A stretch of DNA of 64,000 nt from positions 10,810 through 74,809 of the forward strand of contig NZ_JAIZZK010000011.1 of the NCBI RefSeq assembly GCF_020443705.1, read 5' to 3'. Below the pieces are notes generated by a model. It was not told the origin of the DNA. It ran no database searches and was given only the letters and a program-made list of their open reading frames with translations. The first letter of the stretch is position 1. Every line of letters starts with the position of its first letter. This DNA is from Clostridium algoriphilum (GTDB lineage: Bacteria; Bacillota; Clostridia; Clostridiales; Clostridiaceae). This document shows positions 9,662 to 20,055 of the stretch, piece by piece. The position numbers and the translations under genes are program-made.

Positions 9662-10820
9662 TCTTAATCACCTCAATTGGTTCTAATTTTGAAGAGCTTC
9701 CTGCTGGTATAAGAGCAGCAATGGACGCGGAAGCTACTGCAATTACCCCTGATACAGTAATAAATCTATAGTCTATATAGAGTGGTACTATTGCTGTTCC
9801 ATCAGGATTTAAAGCAAAGTGTGAAAAGATAATCATAAGTGCAATACCTAGTATTATTCCAAGAATTGCCCCAGCAATGCCTAGTAAAAAACCTTCATAT
9901 AAGAATATTTTGCTAGCATCTCTATCTTTTATTCCCATAGCCTTAAGTATTCCAATTTGTTTTGATTTTTGAACTACTGTTACCGCAAGTACACTTGCTA
10001 TCCCAAGCGTCACAGAAATAAGTACAAACACTTGTATCATTAAACTTGAAACACTTTGACCGCTAAGTCCACTTAGTAATTCTTCGTTTTGATCTTTCCA
10101 ATTTTGTACTTCTATATCTTTATCGGCTAATTTTTCTTTTACCTTTATCGAGATTTCATCTGCCTTAAATACATCTTTAGAGTTTAGTTGCATCTCAATA
10201 GAGGTTACTTTATCCTTAAAATTAAATATTTCCTGTGAAGTTTTTAAGCTTGTTATTACCCATGATTTATTTATACTTGATACCTTTAAATCATAAAAAC
10301 CAGTTATTGTAGCATCTTTAGTTTTTCCGTTAGGCGTAATTAACGATATCTTATCTTTAACTTTTAACTTTAAGTCCTTTTGCAAATCCTTACCTATTAG
10401 TACTTCATATGATTTTTTAGGAATACTACCTTGATATATTTTAGATTTTATATTATATAAATCCTTTTCCTTATCCAGATTTAGTCCCCTTACTATTATT
10501 GGATCAGTTTTATCACTATATTTAATAAACGCAGGGGAATCAGCAGCAGGTGATACTTTTTCTATTCCATTACCTATTCCATTTATTTGGGATACTTTTT
10601 CTTCCCAATTTTCTACAGTTTTGTTCTCTTTATTTGATATAACTGTTATTTGAGATGAATTCCCTATAGTTTTATCTATAAGACTTTTCTGAAGACCTTG
10701 TATTAATGAGCCTATAAAAATTTGAACCGAAACTCCAATAGCTATCCCTACAACTATTAGAAGTGTTTGTCCCTTACTAGACTTCAGAAATCTTACAGCG
10801 ACTTTAAATGGTAAATTCAT
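9654..10820 (-). CDS. ABC transporter permease, FtsX/MacB-like (N-terminal TM, large extracytoplasmic domain, 3 C-terminal TM)
   Basis: 388 aa; topology and C-terminal FtsX-type helices; translationally coupled to ATPase. Confidence 0.8.
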   Translation of the reverse strand: MNLPFKVAVRFLKSSKGQTLLIVVGIAIGVSVQIFIGSLIQGLQKSLIDKTIGNSSQITVISNKENKTVENWEEKVSQINGIGNGIEKVSPAADSPAFIKYSDKTDPIIVRGLNLDKEKDLYNIKSKIYQGSIPKKSYEVLIGKDLQKDLKLKVKDKISLITPNGKTKDATITGFYDLKVSSINKSWVITSLKTSQEIFNFKDKVTSIEMQLNSKDVFKADEISIKVKEKLADKDIEVQNWKDQNEELLSGLSGQSVSSLMIQVFVLISVTLGIASVLAVTVVQKSKQIGILKAMGIKDRDASKIFLYEGFLLGIAGAILGIILGIALMIIFSHFALNPDGTAIVPLYIDYRFITVSGVIAVASASIAALIPAGSSSKLEPIEVIKNG

Positions 10821-11044
10821 TTTACTTCTCCTTTCGCAAGTTTTTAAGTTAAAGTTTTATACACAATTATGATTATTAATCTTTTATTTACAGAATACTA
10901 CAATTTTGTTAATTTGTAAATATACTTGATAAATATCTTAAAGCATGCTTTTTTTTATACTTTGTTAATAATAAATCAATTATTGCAGGTATATAAGATG
11001 CTGTGGTAATATTACTTAGCTAATAATATTTAGGAGGTAATTTT

Positions 11045-12283
11045 ATGGGAAAAAATTTAATAACTGAGGGAAAAAGGTGCATGCAGTGTGCTAATCCTAG
11101 ATGTAGCAAAGGTTGCCCTGTAAATACTTCCATTAAAGACATGATAAACATGTTTTTAGATGGTGACATTATGGATGCTGGGGAAATGTTATTCAACAAT
11201 AATCCACTTTCTTTAGTATGCTCACTTGTATGTCCACATGAAAAACAATGTGAAGGCCATTGTGTACTTGCAATAAAAGGTAACGGTGTACATATAAGTG
11301 GCATCGAAAATTATATCTCTGATTACTACTTGAATTCATTCAAGCCAAATTACGTAAAACTACCTGGTAAAAAAGCTGCCATTATAGGGGCTGGGCCTGC
11401 AGGAATAACTATTGCATTTATACTGGCATCTAAAGGCTATGATATTACCATTTTTGAAGCTCATGATAAAATTGGTGGAGTTTTGATGTATGGCATTCCA
11501 GAGTTTAGGCTTCCTAAAGCTTTGCTCGGTAGAATAAAAGACAAAATGATTGAAATAGGTATAAAAATTAGATTTAATACTTTAATTGGCCCTGTGCTAA
11601 CAGTAGATAACCTATTTCGCGATGGCTACAAGGCTGTATTTATTGGAACAGGAGTATGGAAACCAAAACCACTTAGTATTAAGGGTGAGAGTCTTGGCCA
11701 TGTCCATTATGCAATTGATTATCTAAAAAATCCTAATGTTTATAGTCTTGGAAATAAGTTATGCATCATTGGCGCTGGAAATGTTGCAATGGATGTAGCA
11801 AGAACTGCACTAAGAAACGGTGTTCGCGATGTTTCTATAATGTATAGGGGCAACATGGATAGTATTACAGCAGACAAGAGTGAGCTTGAATACGCTAAAA
11901 TTGATGGTGTTAAATTTGAATTATTTAAAAGCCCTGTAGAAATAACAGATGATGGAATTATCTATATACAAACTTTTGTTAATGTAGATGAATTAGGAAA
12001 AGAAACCTTTGAAACTGTTACGGGTACTGAAGATTTATTCAAAGCAGATTCTGTAATTATTTCCATAAGCCAAGGTCCAAGGGATAATATTGTTTCCACC
12101 ACAAGTGGTATAAATATAAGCAACAGAGGTCTTGTTTCTACTGATGTTAGTGGACGAACAACAAGAGAAGGAGTTTTTGCATCTGGCGATGTTGTCACTG
12201 GTGCCAAGACAGTAGTTGAAGCCGTACGTCTATCAAAGCATGTTGCTGACGCAATAGATGAGTATGTATTGGCTCATATGTAG
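11045..12283 (+). CDS. Glutamate synthase small-subunit (GltD)-like NAD(P)H-dependent FAD/Fe-S oxidoreductase, stand-alone
   Basis: 412 aa; N-terminal two Cys clusters (CMQCANPRCSKGCP; CSLVCPHEKQCEGHC), two Rossmann GxGxxG motifs (IIGAGPAG, IIGAGNVAMD); RBS ggagg. Confidence 0.75.
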   Translation: MGKNLITEGKRCMQCANPRCSKGCPVNTSIKDMINMFLDGDIMDAGEMLFNNNPLSLVCSLVCPHEKQCEGHCVLAIKGNGVHISGIENYISDYYLNSFKPNYVKLPGKKAAIIGAGPAGITIAFILASKGYDITIFEAHDKIGGVLMYGIPEFRLPKALLGRIKDKMIEIGIKIRFNTLIGPVLTVDNLFRDGYKAVFIGTGVWKPKPLSIKGESLGHVHYAIDYLKNPNVYSLGNKLCIIGAGNVAMDVARTALRNGVRDVSIMYRGNMDSITADKSELEYAKIDGVKFELFKSPVEITDDGIIYIQTFVNVDELGKETFETVTGTEDLFKADSVIISISQGPRDNIVSTTSGINISNRGLVSTDVSGRTTREGVFASGDVVTGAKTVVEAVRLSKHVADAIDEYVLAHM

Positions 12284-12398
12284 TTAATCATATTATAAAT
12301 AATACTACCTTTCATTAAAAATATTATATGACACATGTATACTGTTTTACATTGTGTCAATAATTTTAATGTGTGATTCACGTGAAAGGGGCATGTTA

Positions 12399-13106
12399 AT
12401 GAAAAATAGTATTAACTTAATGAGTGATGAAACTCTAGTTAAGGAATATATAGAAAGAGGTAAGGGTCTTTTTAATGATGGAGAAATTGAAAAGGCATTT
12501 AAGGATTTTAATAAAGCAATTTTCCTCAATAATTTTTATGCGGAGGCTTATTTTGTCAAAGCTCAGGCTCATATTGAAATATACGAAGCTTTTGAGGCAG
12601 AAGAATGCATAAAGAAATATCTAAAACTAGTTCCAGATGATCCAAAAGGATACTGGAAGTTAATTGAAATAAACGATTTAACTGGTGACTTTGATACATG
12701 CATTTACTATTGTGAAAAACTTCTTGAATGGGATAATAAAAATGCAACCACATATTTTAAAAAAGCAGAATTTTTAGCTATTCTTAACGATTTTAATAAA
12801 GCTTTGGAATGCTTTGATATATGTCTAACGTTAAGTCCTTACTTTTATGATGCTTTATGTGGTAAAGCGAGAGTACTTTTCTCTCTACATAATAGAAAAG
12901 AAGCTATTGATATATACAGTAAAGCAATAGGTGTAGATAATTCTAAAAGTATTGCCTATTTTGGCATGTCTGAAGTACATATGTCTCTTGGTAATAACAT
13001 AATTGCCTTAGAATTTGCAGAAAAAGCATATAAAATCGAGCCTACAAACGAATGGTATAAATGTCATTACAGCATATTAAAAGATATAAATACAAGTATT
13101 AAATAA
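12399..13106 (+). CDS. TPR-repeat protein
   Basis: Repeated 34-aa A/Y/F-rich helical repeats (AEAYFVKAQAH.., ATTYFKKAEF.., YFYDALCGKARV..); start placed at MKNS with gaaagggg RBS (ORF track extends 15 codons upstream). Confidence 0.6.
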   Translation: MKNSINLMSDETLVKEYIERGKGLFNDGEIEKAFKDFNKAIFLNNFYAEAYFVKAQAHIEIYEAFEAEECIKKYLKLVPDDPKGYWKLIEINDLTGDFDTCIYYCEKLLEWDNKNATTYFKKAEFLAILNDFNKALECFDICLTLSPYFYDALCGKARVLFSLHNRKEAIDIYSKAIGVDNSKSIAYFGMSEVHMSLGNNIIALEFAEKAYKIEPTNEWYKCHYSILKDINTSIK

Positions 13107-13150
13107 TGAAATGCTCCCACCTAATACAATGTGGGAGCATTTCATTATTT
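13105..13150. terminator. bidirectional terminator between convergent TPR and SNF2 genes (aatgaaatgctcccac / gtgggagcatttcatt)
   Basis: 16-bp perfect inverted repeat, T-run after. Confidence 0.65.
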
Positions 13151-13205
13151 AATATCTGTATTTTGAGCATATGGTAATTGCATTATACAAAATAATTTTA
13201 AATAC

Positions 13206-16200
13206 TTATTCCTTGATTTGAAACAACCCAAATATATCTTCCTCACTTAAAGATGCAAAACCTTTGCCACCCGATAACTCATCTCCCATAAGCTCTGATA
13301 TAAGCTTTTTTTTCTCTTCTTGAAGTGACAGGATTTTTTCCTCTATTGTACCCTTAGCTATAATCTTTATAACACTCACTACATTCTTTTGACCTATCCT
13401 ATGAGCTCTATCAGTGGCCTGTTCTTCAACAGCTGGGTTCCACCAAGGATCAAAGTGAATTACTACATCTGCAGAAGTTAAATTTAGTCCTGTGCCGCCA
13501 GCCTTTAAACTTATTAAAAATACCGAGTTTCCACCCTCATTGAAGTCCTTTACCAAATCCATTCTCTTCTCGGAAGGTACTGACCCATCCAAATAACTAA
13601 AGGATATTTCCTCCAATTTAAGTCTCTTTTGTATATTCTTAAGTACAGAGGTGAATTGGGAGAAAACTAGTACTCGATGTCCCTCGTCTATACTTTTATG
13701 AAGATGTTCAACAAGAGCTTCTATTTTTGCGCTACCCCCAGTATATTCATTCATAAGTACAGTAGGATCTAAACATAATTGTCTGAGCTTAGTAATATAT
13801 GAGAGTATCTCAATTTTACTATTTTTAAACTCATCATTCTTTACCTTTTTTTCAATAAGCTCCATCGCATGGTTTGCATAAATCTTATAAACTTTCTTTT
13901 GCTCTTGCTTTAAATTTACTAGAAGTGTTTTTTCTATTTTATCAGGTAATTCCTTCAAAACATCTTTTTTTCTTCTTCTTAAAATAAATGGTTTTATAAG
14001 CCTATTTAAATCCTCTAGTATCTCTGGAGTTTCCTTAAGCTTTTTATGGTATCTTACACTAAACATCTTTTCATCATATAGGTATCCTGGCATTATAAAA
14101 TCAAAGATTGACCATAGGTCCATAAGAGAATTTTCTACAGGTGTACCTGATAGTGCAAATCTTGTCTTTGACTTTATTTCCTTCACCGCTACTGCATTTT
14201 GAGAGTTTGGATTTTTAATGTTTTGAGCTTCGTCTAATATGCAATAATCAAACTCCAATTCCTTATAATTTTCGCTGTCTCTCTTTAACAAGTTATATGT
14301 AGTTATAATCACATCAAAGTTTTTTATATTATTTATAATCTCTTCTCTCGTGTCCTTCGGTCCGTTAACTGCAGCCACTCTTAAACTAGGCGCAAACTTC
14401 TGAAGTTCACTTATCCAATTATATATTAGAGATGTAGGTGCTACAATCAAAGTCTTATTCCCAATGCCTGCTAATATAAAAGCTATAGCTTGAATTGTTT
14501 TACCAAGGCCCATTTCATCTCCTAATATCCCTCCAAATCCTAAATAGTCTAGTGTTTTAAACCAATTATATCCAACTTTTTGATACTCTCTTAGTTGTCC
14601 CTTTAGATCAGCTGGTTCCTTAAAATTTAGTTTTTCAATATTTTTAAGCTTATCTCTTACTTCTTTTAACCCTTTTTTGCCTTTAATATATCTTATGTTA
14701 TTATCCTCTAGATAACTATCTAGAAATATACCCTTACTTTTAGATATTTCCAGATGATTATTATCACCACCATTTGGAGCAATCACATCTAAAAGCTTTA
14801 AGAATTTGTTAAGCTCTAACTCTTCCAAATCAAGATATTCACCGTTTTTAAGTTTATAAAATTTGAGGCTATTTCTAAATGCCCTTAATATATTTATTGT
14901 TTCACGAGGCTCAATATCTCCTATTTTAAAATCCATTTCAAAGTAATTATATTTTCCACTCTTAATATCTCCACTAATACCTTTAGTTCCCAAAGATTTT
15001 ATACCTTTAAAGTTCTCTGAGTAATATACTTCTCCTATCTCTTGAAGCTTTTCTATATCACTTTTGAAAAACTTAAATATATAGTCCTCGCCACGCGCGA
15101 AAGAAAAGTCATTATTTATTTCCTGAAAGCCTAATGTTTTCAAAGTTGTAATAACCTGTGCTTCTTTTTTAGAATCTCTATATATTATTTTCTCAGTGCA
15201 ATCCTCAAATATATTAAATTCATAAGTTCCATACTTGACCTTTAATGTTAAAGTAATACTTTTTCCTTCCTGGTTAAAGTAAAAGTTAAATTCGCTCTTA
15301 GCCATTATTACTTTGCCTTTTATAGCCTTAGATAAAACAACACTTGGTGATAAAACATTAAGATCTGGAATAAGCCTTCTTAATATAGTCTCCTCCTCAA
15401 GGCTAGCCATAGTTACAACCTTTGCTTCATTAAATATTTGTAGGTATGGACTTATCTTATAGCAGAACTCATAATTGGGAAGATATATAGTGCTTCCATA
15501 CAAATATACATCATTTTTTGATCCTAAAGAAATAGGCATTCCATTTGAGGATTTCAGAACATAATTATCTTTTATAATTTTTAAATCAAAATCTATTGCT
15601 GGTGCCTCATATAAGATTTCTGTGTCCACAGGTCTATAAAAAAAGCCCTCATTTAAATAAACTCTATGCTTAGTTATAATTTCAAAAAATTCTCTAGTTA
15701 AGTATTTAGGAATATTAATATATTTACCATCCACATAACGGTCCTCACTCCTATTAACATGCCTTTGGTTTCCCTCCATTGTTTTTAACATTTCAATAAA
15801 ATCAATAAGCCTCTTATCTTTTGTATTTAATCTTTGATTTTCAGTATTAAAAGTAAAATTTTTGCTGTAATTTATAGGGAAATTGTTGTGATAGGCTAAT
15901 AAAAAATGATTTATGTCCTTTAAAATGTAAAGATTACTTGATGTCATGGAGTTTAGACCTATTTTAAACTCCGCTGTAAGGTTGTAGTTCCATTGATTTC
16001 TATTTATGTAAACCTCTATTTTAGTCTCATCTTTATGTTTTTGATCTCCTAAAAGCAAAGATAATACATTGCTATTGTCAATAGCTATACCCGGGCTTTG
16101 AACATCTTCATCGTTTAAAAGAGGGTGCTTAGCTAAATCTTCAAGTGCTTTATAAAATGTTGCAACTAAATGTTTGCAACAATAATTTTCTTTTTTAAAT

Positions 16201-16457
16201 TCATTATTTTCAAAATCAGGACAGCTACAAAATGTAGAAAAAATGCTTCTCTGAGCCGCATCCATCTCTATTTTAGTGTGATATTCATTAAAAAGCTTTT
16301 CTGAAATCACATTGCCATCTATACATATTAATTTATCCTCATTTGTAATATCTACAGAAGATACCAAATCATTGCTAAGAACCCTTTGTCCACTTGCATG
16401 ATTTTTACCACTTGTTCCTTCATTTAATATTTGTAACAACATATCTTCTTTCAACAT
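13206..16457 (-). CDS. SNF2-family helicase with N-terminal SWIM zinc finger (YwqA-like)
   Basis: 1083 aa; SWIM CxC..CxH (CSCPDF...CCKH) near N-terminus; C-terminal SNF2_N ATPase motifs ILGDEMGLGKTIQAIA, DEAQNIKN and helicase-C motifs (QATDRAHRIGQ). Confidence 0.85.
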   Translation of the reverse strand: MLKEDMLLQILNEGTSGKNHASGQRVLSNDLVSSVDITNEDKLICIDGNVISEKLFNEYHTKIEMDAAQRSIFSTFCSCPDFENNEFKKENYCCKHLVATFYKALEDLAKHPLLNDEDVQSPGIAIDNSNVLSLLLGDQKHKDETKIEVYINRNQWNYNLTAEFKIGLNSMTSSNLYILKDINHFLLAYHNNFPINYSKNFTFNTENQRLNTKDKRLIDFIEMLKTMEGNQRHVNRSEDRYVDGKYINIPKYLTREFFEIITKHRVYLNEGFFYRPVDTEILYEAPAIDFDLKIIKDNYVLKSSNGMPISLGSKNDVYLYGSTIYLPNYEFCYKISPYLQIFNEAKVVTMASLEEETILRRLIPDLNVLSPSVVLSKAIKGKVIMAKSEFNFYFNQEGKSITLTLKVKYGTYEFNIFEDCTEKIIYRDSKKEAQVITTLKTLGFQEINNDFSFARGEDYIFKFFKSDIEKLQEIGEVYYSENFKGIKSLGTKGISGDIKSGKYNYFEMDFKIGDIEPRETINILRAFRNSLKFYKLKNGEYLDLEELELNKFLKLLDVIAPNGGDNNHLEISKSKGIFLDSYLEDNNIRYIKGKKGLKEVRDKLKNIEKLNFKEPADLKGQLREYQKVGYNWFKTLDYLGFGGILGDEMGLGKTIQAIAFILAGIGNKTLIVAPTSLIYNWISELQKFAPSLRVAAVNGPKDTREEIINNIKNFDVIITTYNLLKRDSENYKELEFDYCILDEAQNIKNPNSQNAVAVKEIKSKTRFALSGTPVENSLMDLWSIFDFIMPGYLYDEKMFSVRYHKKLKETPEILEDLNRLIKPFILRRRKKDVLKELPDKIEKTLLVNLKQEQKKVYKIYANHAMELIEKKVKNDEFKNSKIEILSYITKLRQLCLDPTVLMNEYTGGSAKIEALVEHLHKSIDEGHRVLVFSQFTSVLKNIQKRLKLEEISFSYLDGSVPSEKRMDLVKDFNEGGNSVFLISLKAGGTGLNLTSADVVIHFDPWWNPAVEEQATDRAHRIGQKNVVSVIKIIAKGTIEEKILSLQEEKKKLISELMGDELSGGKGFASLSEEDIFGLFQIKE

Positions 16458-16649
16458 ATATTCTCCCTAATCCTAAATTTTATAATACTCTAATTATAAC
16501 ATAAACTCGAAAAGAACATAAAGCATAAGCGTTATGTTCTTTTATAAAAGTGTATTAGAGCATTCCTACTAATAACTGACCTAAAGCATTAACAAAATTT
16601 AAGTCCTCAAATTTAAATTCTTTAACTTTAGTAAAGGTGGTACAAAACA

Positions 16650-16679
16650 AGAAAGACAGTGAATATTCACTGTCTTTCT
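16650..16679 (-). terminator. terminator after M16 peptidase gene (agaaagacagtgaata / tattcactgtctttct)
   Basis: perfect 30-bp palindrome. Confidence 0.6.
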
Positions 16680-16697
16680 ATATAAAGATTTATAGCA

Positions 16698-19600
16698 TCA
16701 GTATTTAGTTTTTTTAATAGGAGCTATTATTTTATTGAATAAAATTTTATTTTCATTTATCTTAGTCTCGCTACCAACAACGCAATGTAAGTTCTGTTTT
16801 ATAACATCTTCTAGTAAATTAGCAGCGTTTTTTATGTCATCAGCAGTAGTTGATAATACCTCATTACGTAGCTTTTGAATGTCATCTTGAGTGGTTCCTG
16901 AAAAATACATACTGTCCCCCAATACGCCTATGGCATATGGGCTAGTTAAATTATCCATGCTCCCAATCGTCCCTATTATATAATTAGCCATTTCTTTTTC
17001 ACTTGCTTTAAAGTTTCTTAAATAGTTAACGACTTGATTAAAGGTATTTAAAGTTTCCTTTAAATTTGGGTCGCGGTAGGAATAGAATATAACCTCGTCC
17101 CTTGTAAAGCTCATAGCACCCCCATAGGCACCACCCTTTATCCTAAGTTCTGGCCATAGATAATCACTATTTAAAATATTTTCAATCACCTTCATATGAC
17201 CATTATAGTTGTATCCTTCTTTTTTAAAATTACCAGCCTTAACAACATATTGCACTTGTGACGGAATTACAAAAGCTTCATTCTTATTTGAGTAATCAAA
17301 AATATATTTTTGCTTCGATAATTTTTTATCCTTAATTTGTTTCCCAAATTTATTAAAAATGGTTATAAAATTTTTATAATCTTTTTCATCACCAGTATAA
17401 CTTACAACTAAACCCTCTTTGTTAAATACAATTTCACGAACATCATTTAAATTCTTAAATATTTCATTGTGCTTAACATCAAAATTATCATCTAAATCAC
17501 AAATAAAGTTATAGTAAGGCAAATAATCCAAATCTTTATACTTCCCACCATTTGACAAATAGGATAGTGTACGATTTGTTGCAAGTGTATTTCCTCCATT
17601 TACAAACATAGCTTCATAACTTACCCTCAAATTCCTTATTAAACTCTTCATACGATTTTCATCATCAAACTTAGTATTGTTTGTTATTTCGTTTAATATT
17701 TCAAACGCTTTAGGTAATGTACTGTTAAGAGCGTTTATGGAAACACTCATTTTAGGATCGTATTCATCACTATTGGTATTACTTTTAAATGCCGTTGACT
17801 TAAAACTAATTCCTCCAGTATTTTTCATCATTATATTTGACAGCTGAGCAATATTATATTTTTTTGTATTCACATTTCCTAAAACATTTGCAAGTAATTT
17901 TAAATATAATACTTTATCTTGAGGAACTTTTGAACTGTCAAAATATAAATTAGAATACGTAATTCCATTAGTAAATATAGGATGGCTTAATATTTTTATA
18001 GCTCCATCTTCTTTTTCTATTATTGGAATTTTTTCTGCTTTCAAATTGATATCTTTGCGCAAGAGTGATGGTACTTTAGATAACTTTTTCTTTGAATCCT
18101 TTGACCCCTGCCATTTCTTTAAATCTGCTGTGTCCGTTTTAATTTTAGCTAGTTCATCTTTTGTTAATGATTTCTTATAGCCTGCAAGTTTCTTTTTTAA
18201 CTTTTCTTCTTTTGCCTCATTTAAACCATTCGATGGTTTTAACACAACTAAAGAATTATGTTTATTTTCCAGCATGTATTTTTGTACTAATTTTTCAAAG
18301 TATCTATTGGATAATTGAGATTTTATTTTATTCAATGCAGGAGTAATTTCCAAATATTCTACAGGATTTTTATCATAATTCCAACAATTTAAAGCTGCAG
18401 ACATGTAATTCATGCCTCTATTAGCGTCTGAATTTTGAGTACGAAGGCTTAACTCTACAGCAGTGAATACCGAGTTTACTAATTCTTTATCAAACCCTTT
18501 TTTTACTACTTGTTTTAAAGAATCATCCACAAGTTTCTTAAATTCACATTTTTCTGATTCATTAGCATTTGTGGCAATTATACTGAAAGTTGGTTGCTTT
18601 GTAGACTGGTCAAAACTTGCATAAATATCCGCTCCTATACCTCTATCAAATAACGCTTTCCTAAGTGGTGAAGATTTAGTATTAAGAAGAATTTCTTGCA
18701 AAATTTGAAAACCTAAAACATTTTCAACATCTGTTACTTTATCTATTACGTAATTAGATGATAAATAAGTCATATTTGCTGTGCTTGCTTTAATTGACAC
18801 TGGATATAGTGCTGTTTTCTCAACATTTTGTGTGAATTTTTTTTGTGATTTGATTTCGCTATCCACAGTAGTTTTTTTACTTTTACTTAAATACTTATCA
18901 TTCATAAATTTTAATGTATGTTTAATATCTAATTTCCCATATAGATATATAGAGCTATTTGATGGAACATAGTATTTCTTATAGGTTTTTATAAACATAT
19001 CGTAGGTTAGGTCCGGTATATTATCTGGATTACCCCCAGATTCATAATTATATGAATTGTCACTAAAAAGCGATTGATTAATAGAATTTGTTAATAGTGC
19101 CTGCGGAGAAGAATTGTTCCCTTTCATTTCGTTGTATACTATCCCATTATAGTTTAACTCTCCTGTTTTACTATTAACTTCATAATGCCATCCTTCTTGT
19201 TTAAGTATTTTAGGATCTTTAGTTATATTGGGATAAAATACTGCATCCATATACACACTCATTAAATTATTAAAATCTTTTTCATTTTTACTTGCTACTG
19301 GATACATTGTAAAGTCTGGTCCTGTAAAAGCATTTATAAATGTACTTAATGATTGCTTAGTCATAATTAAAAATGGATCTTTAACAGGATATTTCTTCGA
19401 ACCACATAAAACTGAATGTTCAATAATGTGATTAACTCCAGTATTATCATGTACAGGAGTACGAAAACTTATTGAGAATACCTTATTTTCATCTTCATTC
19501 TGTAAATAAATAAGTCTAGATCCACTTTTATTATGTTTAAATATCATTGCAGTTGAATGTATATCTGCAATCCATTTTTTAGATTCTAGTTTAAACCCTG

Positions 19601-19814
19601 ATATTTTATCACCTATCGTTAAGTCTTCTGCCATATCTACTTCAATAGGACTATTTCTTAATTTTCCCTGTTTAGTTTGTAAATTTAGTGCAATTTGTTT
19701 ACCCTCTGCAATTTGCGCACCTAATGAAGGTTGCGTTCCTGGTGCGCCATTACCAAAAGTAAATAATAATAAACTTAGCAACAATATTGATATTCTTTTT
19801 GTGAACTTCTTCAT
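16698..19814 (-). CDS. Secreted M16-family (insulinase/PreP-like, M16C) zinc metallopeptidase
   Basis: 1038 aa; N-terminal signal peptide MKKFTKRISILLLSLLLF; inverzincin motif HIIEHSVLCGSKKYP (HxxEH); size typical of M16C presequence-protease-like enzymes. Confidence 0.8.
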   Translation of the reverse strand: MKKFTKRISILLLSLLLFTFGNGAPGTQPSLGAQIAEGKQIALNLQTKQGKLRNSPIEVDMAEDLTIGDKISGFKLESKKWIADIHSTAMIFKHNKSGSRLIYLQNEDENKVFSISFRTPVHDNTGVNHIIEHSVLCGSKKYPVKDPFLIMTKQSLSTFINAFTGPDFTMYPVASKNEKDFNNLMSVYMDAVFYPNITKDPKILKQEGWHYEVNSKTGELNYNGIVYNEMKGNNSSPQALLTNSINQSLFSDNSYNYESGGNPDNIPDLTYDMFIKTYKKYYVPSNSSIYLYGKLDIKHTLKFMNDKYLSKSKKTTVDSEIKSQKKFTQNVEKTALYPVSIKASTANMTYLSSNYVIDKVTDVENVLGFQILQEILLNTKSSPLRKALFDRGIGADIYASFDQSTKQPTFSIIATNANESEKCEFKKLVDDSLKQVVKKGFDKELVNSVFTAVELSLRTQNSDANRGMNYMSAALNCWNYDKNPVEYLEITPALNKIKSQLSNRYFEKLVQKYMLENKHNSLVVLKPSNGLNEAKEEKLKKKLAGYKKSLTKDELAKIKTDTADLKKWQGSKDSKKKLSKVPSLLRKDINLKAEKIPIIEKEDGAIKILSHPIFTNGITYSNLYFDSSKVPQDKVLYLKLLANVLGNVNTKKYNIAQLSNIMMKNTGGISFKSTAFKSNTNSDEYDPKMSVSINALNSTLPKAFEILNEITNNTKFDDENRMKSLIRNLRVSYEAMFVNGGNTLATNRTLSYLSNGGKYKDLDYLPYYNFICDLDDNFDVKHNEIFKNLNDVREIVFNKEGLVVSYTGDEKDYKNFITIFNKFGKQIKDKKLSKQKYIFDYSNKNEAFVIPSQVQYVVKAGNFKKEGYNYNGHMKVIENILNSDYLWPELRIKGGAYGGAMSFTRDEVIFYSYRDPNLKETLNTFNQVVNYLRNFKASEKEMANYIIGTIGSMDNLTSPYAIGVLGDSMYFSGTTQDDIQKLRNEVLSTTADDIKNAANLLEDVIKQNLHCVVGSETKINENKILFNKIIAPIKKTKY

Positions 19815-19995
19815 TTTATTTCCCCCTGAAATATAAAATTTTTACTAATACTATTGTTTTTTATCTTGTAAATAGTATGTTTTATTTCTATTTTTTATAT
19901 TCAAGGCATTAATTAGTATATATTCTATTTTATTTCTAATAAAGAAATTTTTATTTACCTAATTTCATTTTATTATTCTAAAACATCTTTTAAAA

Positions 19996-20045
19996 ATAAT
20001 GAAACCCAGTAGAATATAAACTCTACTGGGTTTCATTATTTTTTT
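19996..20045. terminator. terminator hairpin (aataatgaaacccagtaga / tctactgggtttcattatt) 3' of S/N-rich hypothetical gene
   Basis: 19-bp inverted repeat followed by ttttt. Confidence 0.65.
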
Positions 20046-20055
20046 ATATTATTAC

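Noticed and set aside
13206-16457. SNF2 helicase as part of a DISARM/BREX-like defence system
   Set aside because: No adjacent methyltransferase, PglZ, PLD-nuclease or DUF1998 genes. The flanking genes are a TPR protein and a secreted peptidase with independent terminators.
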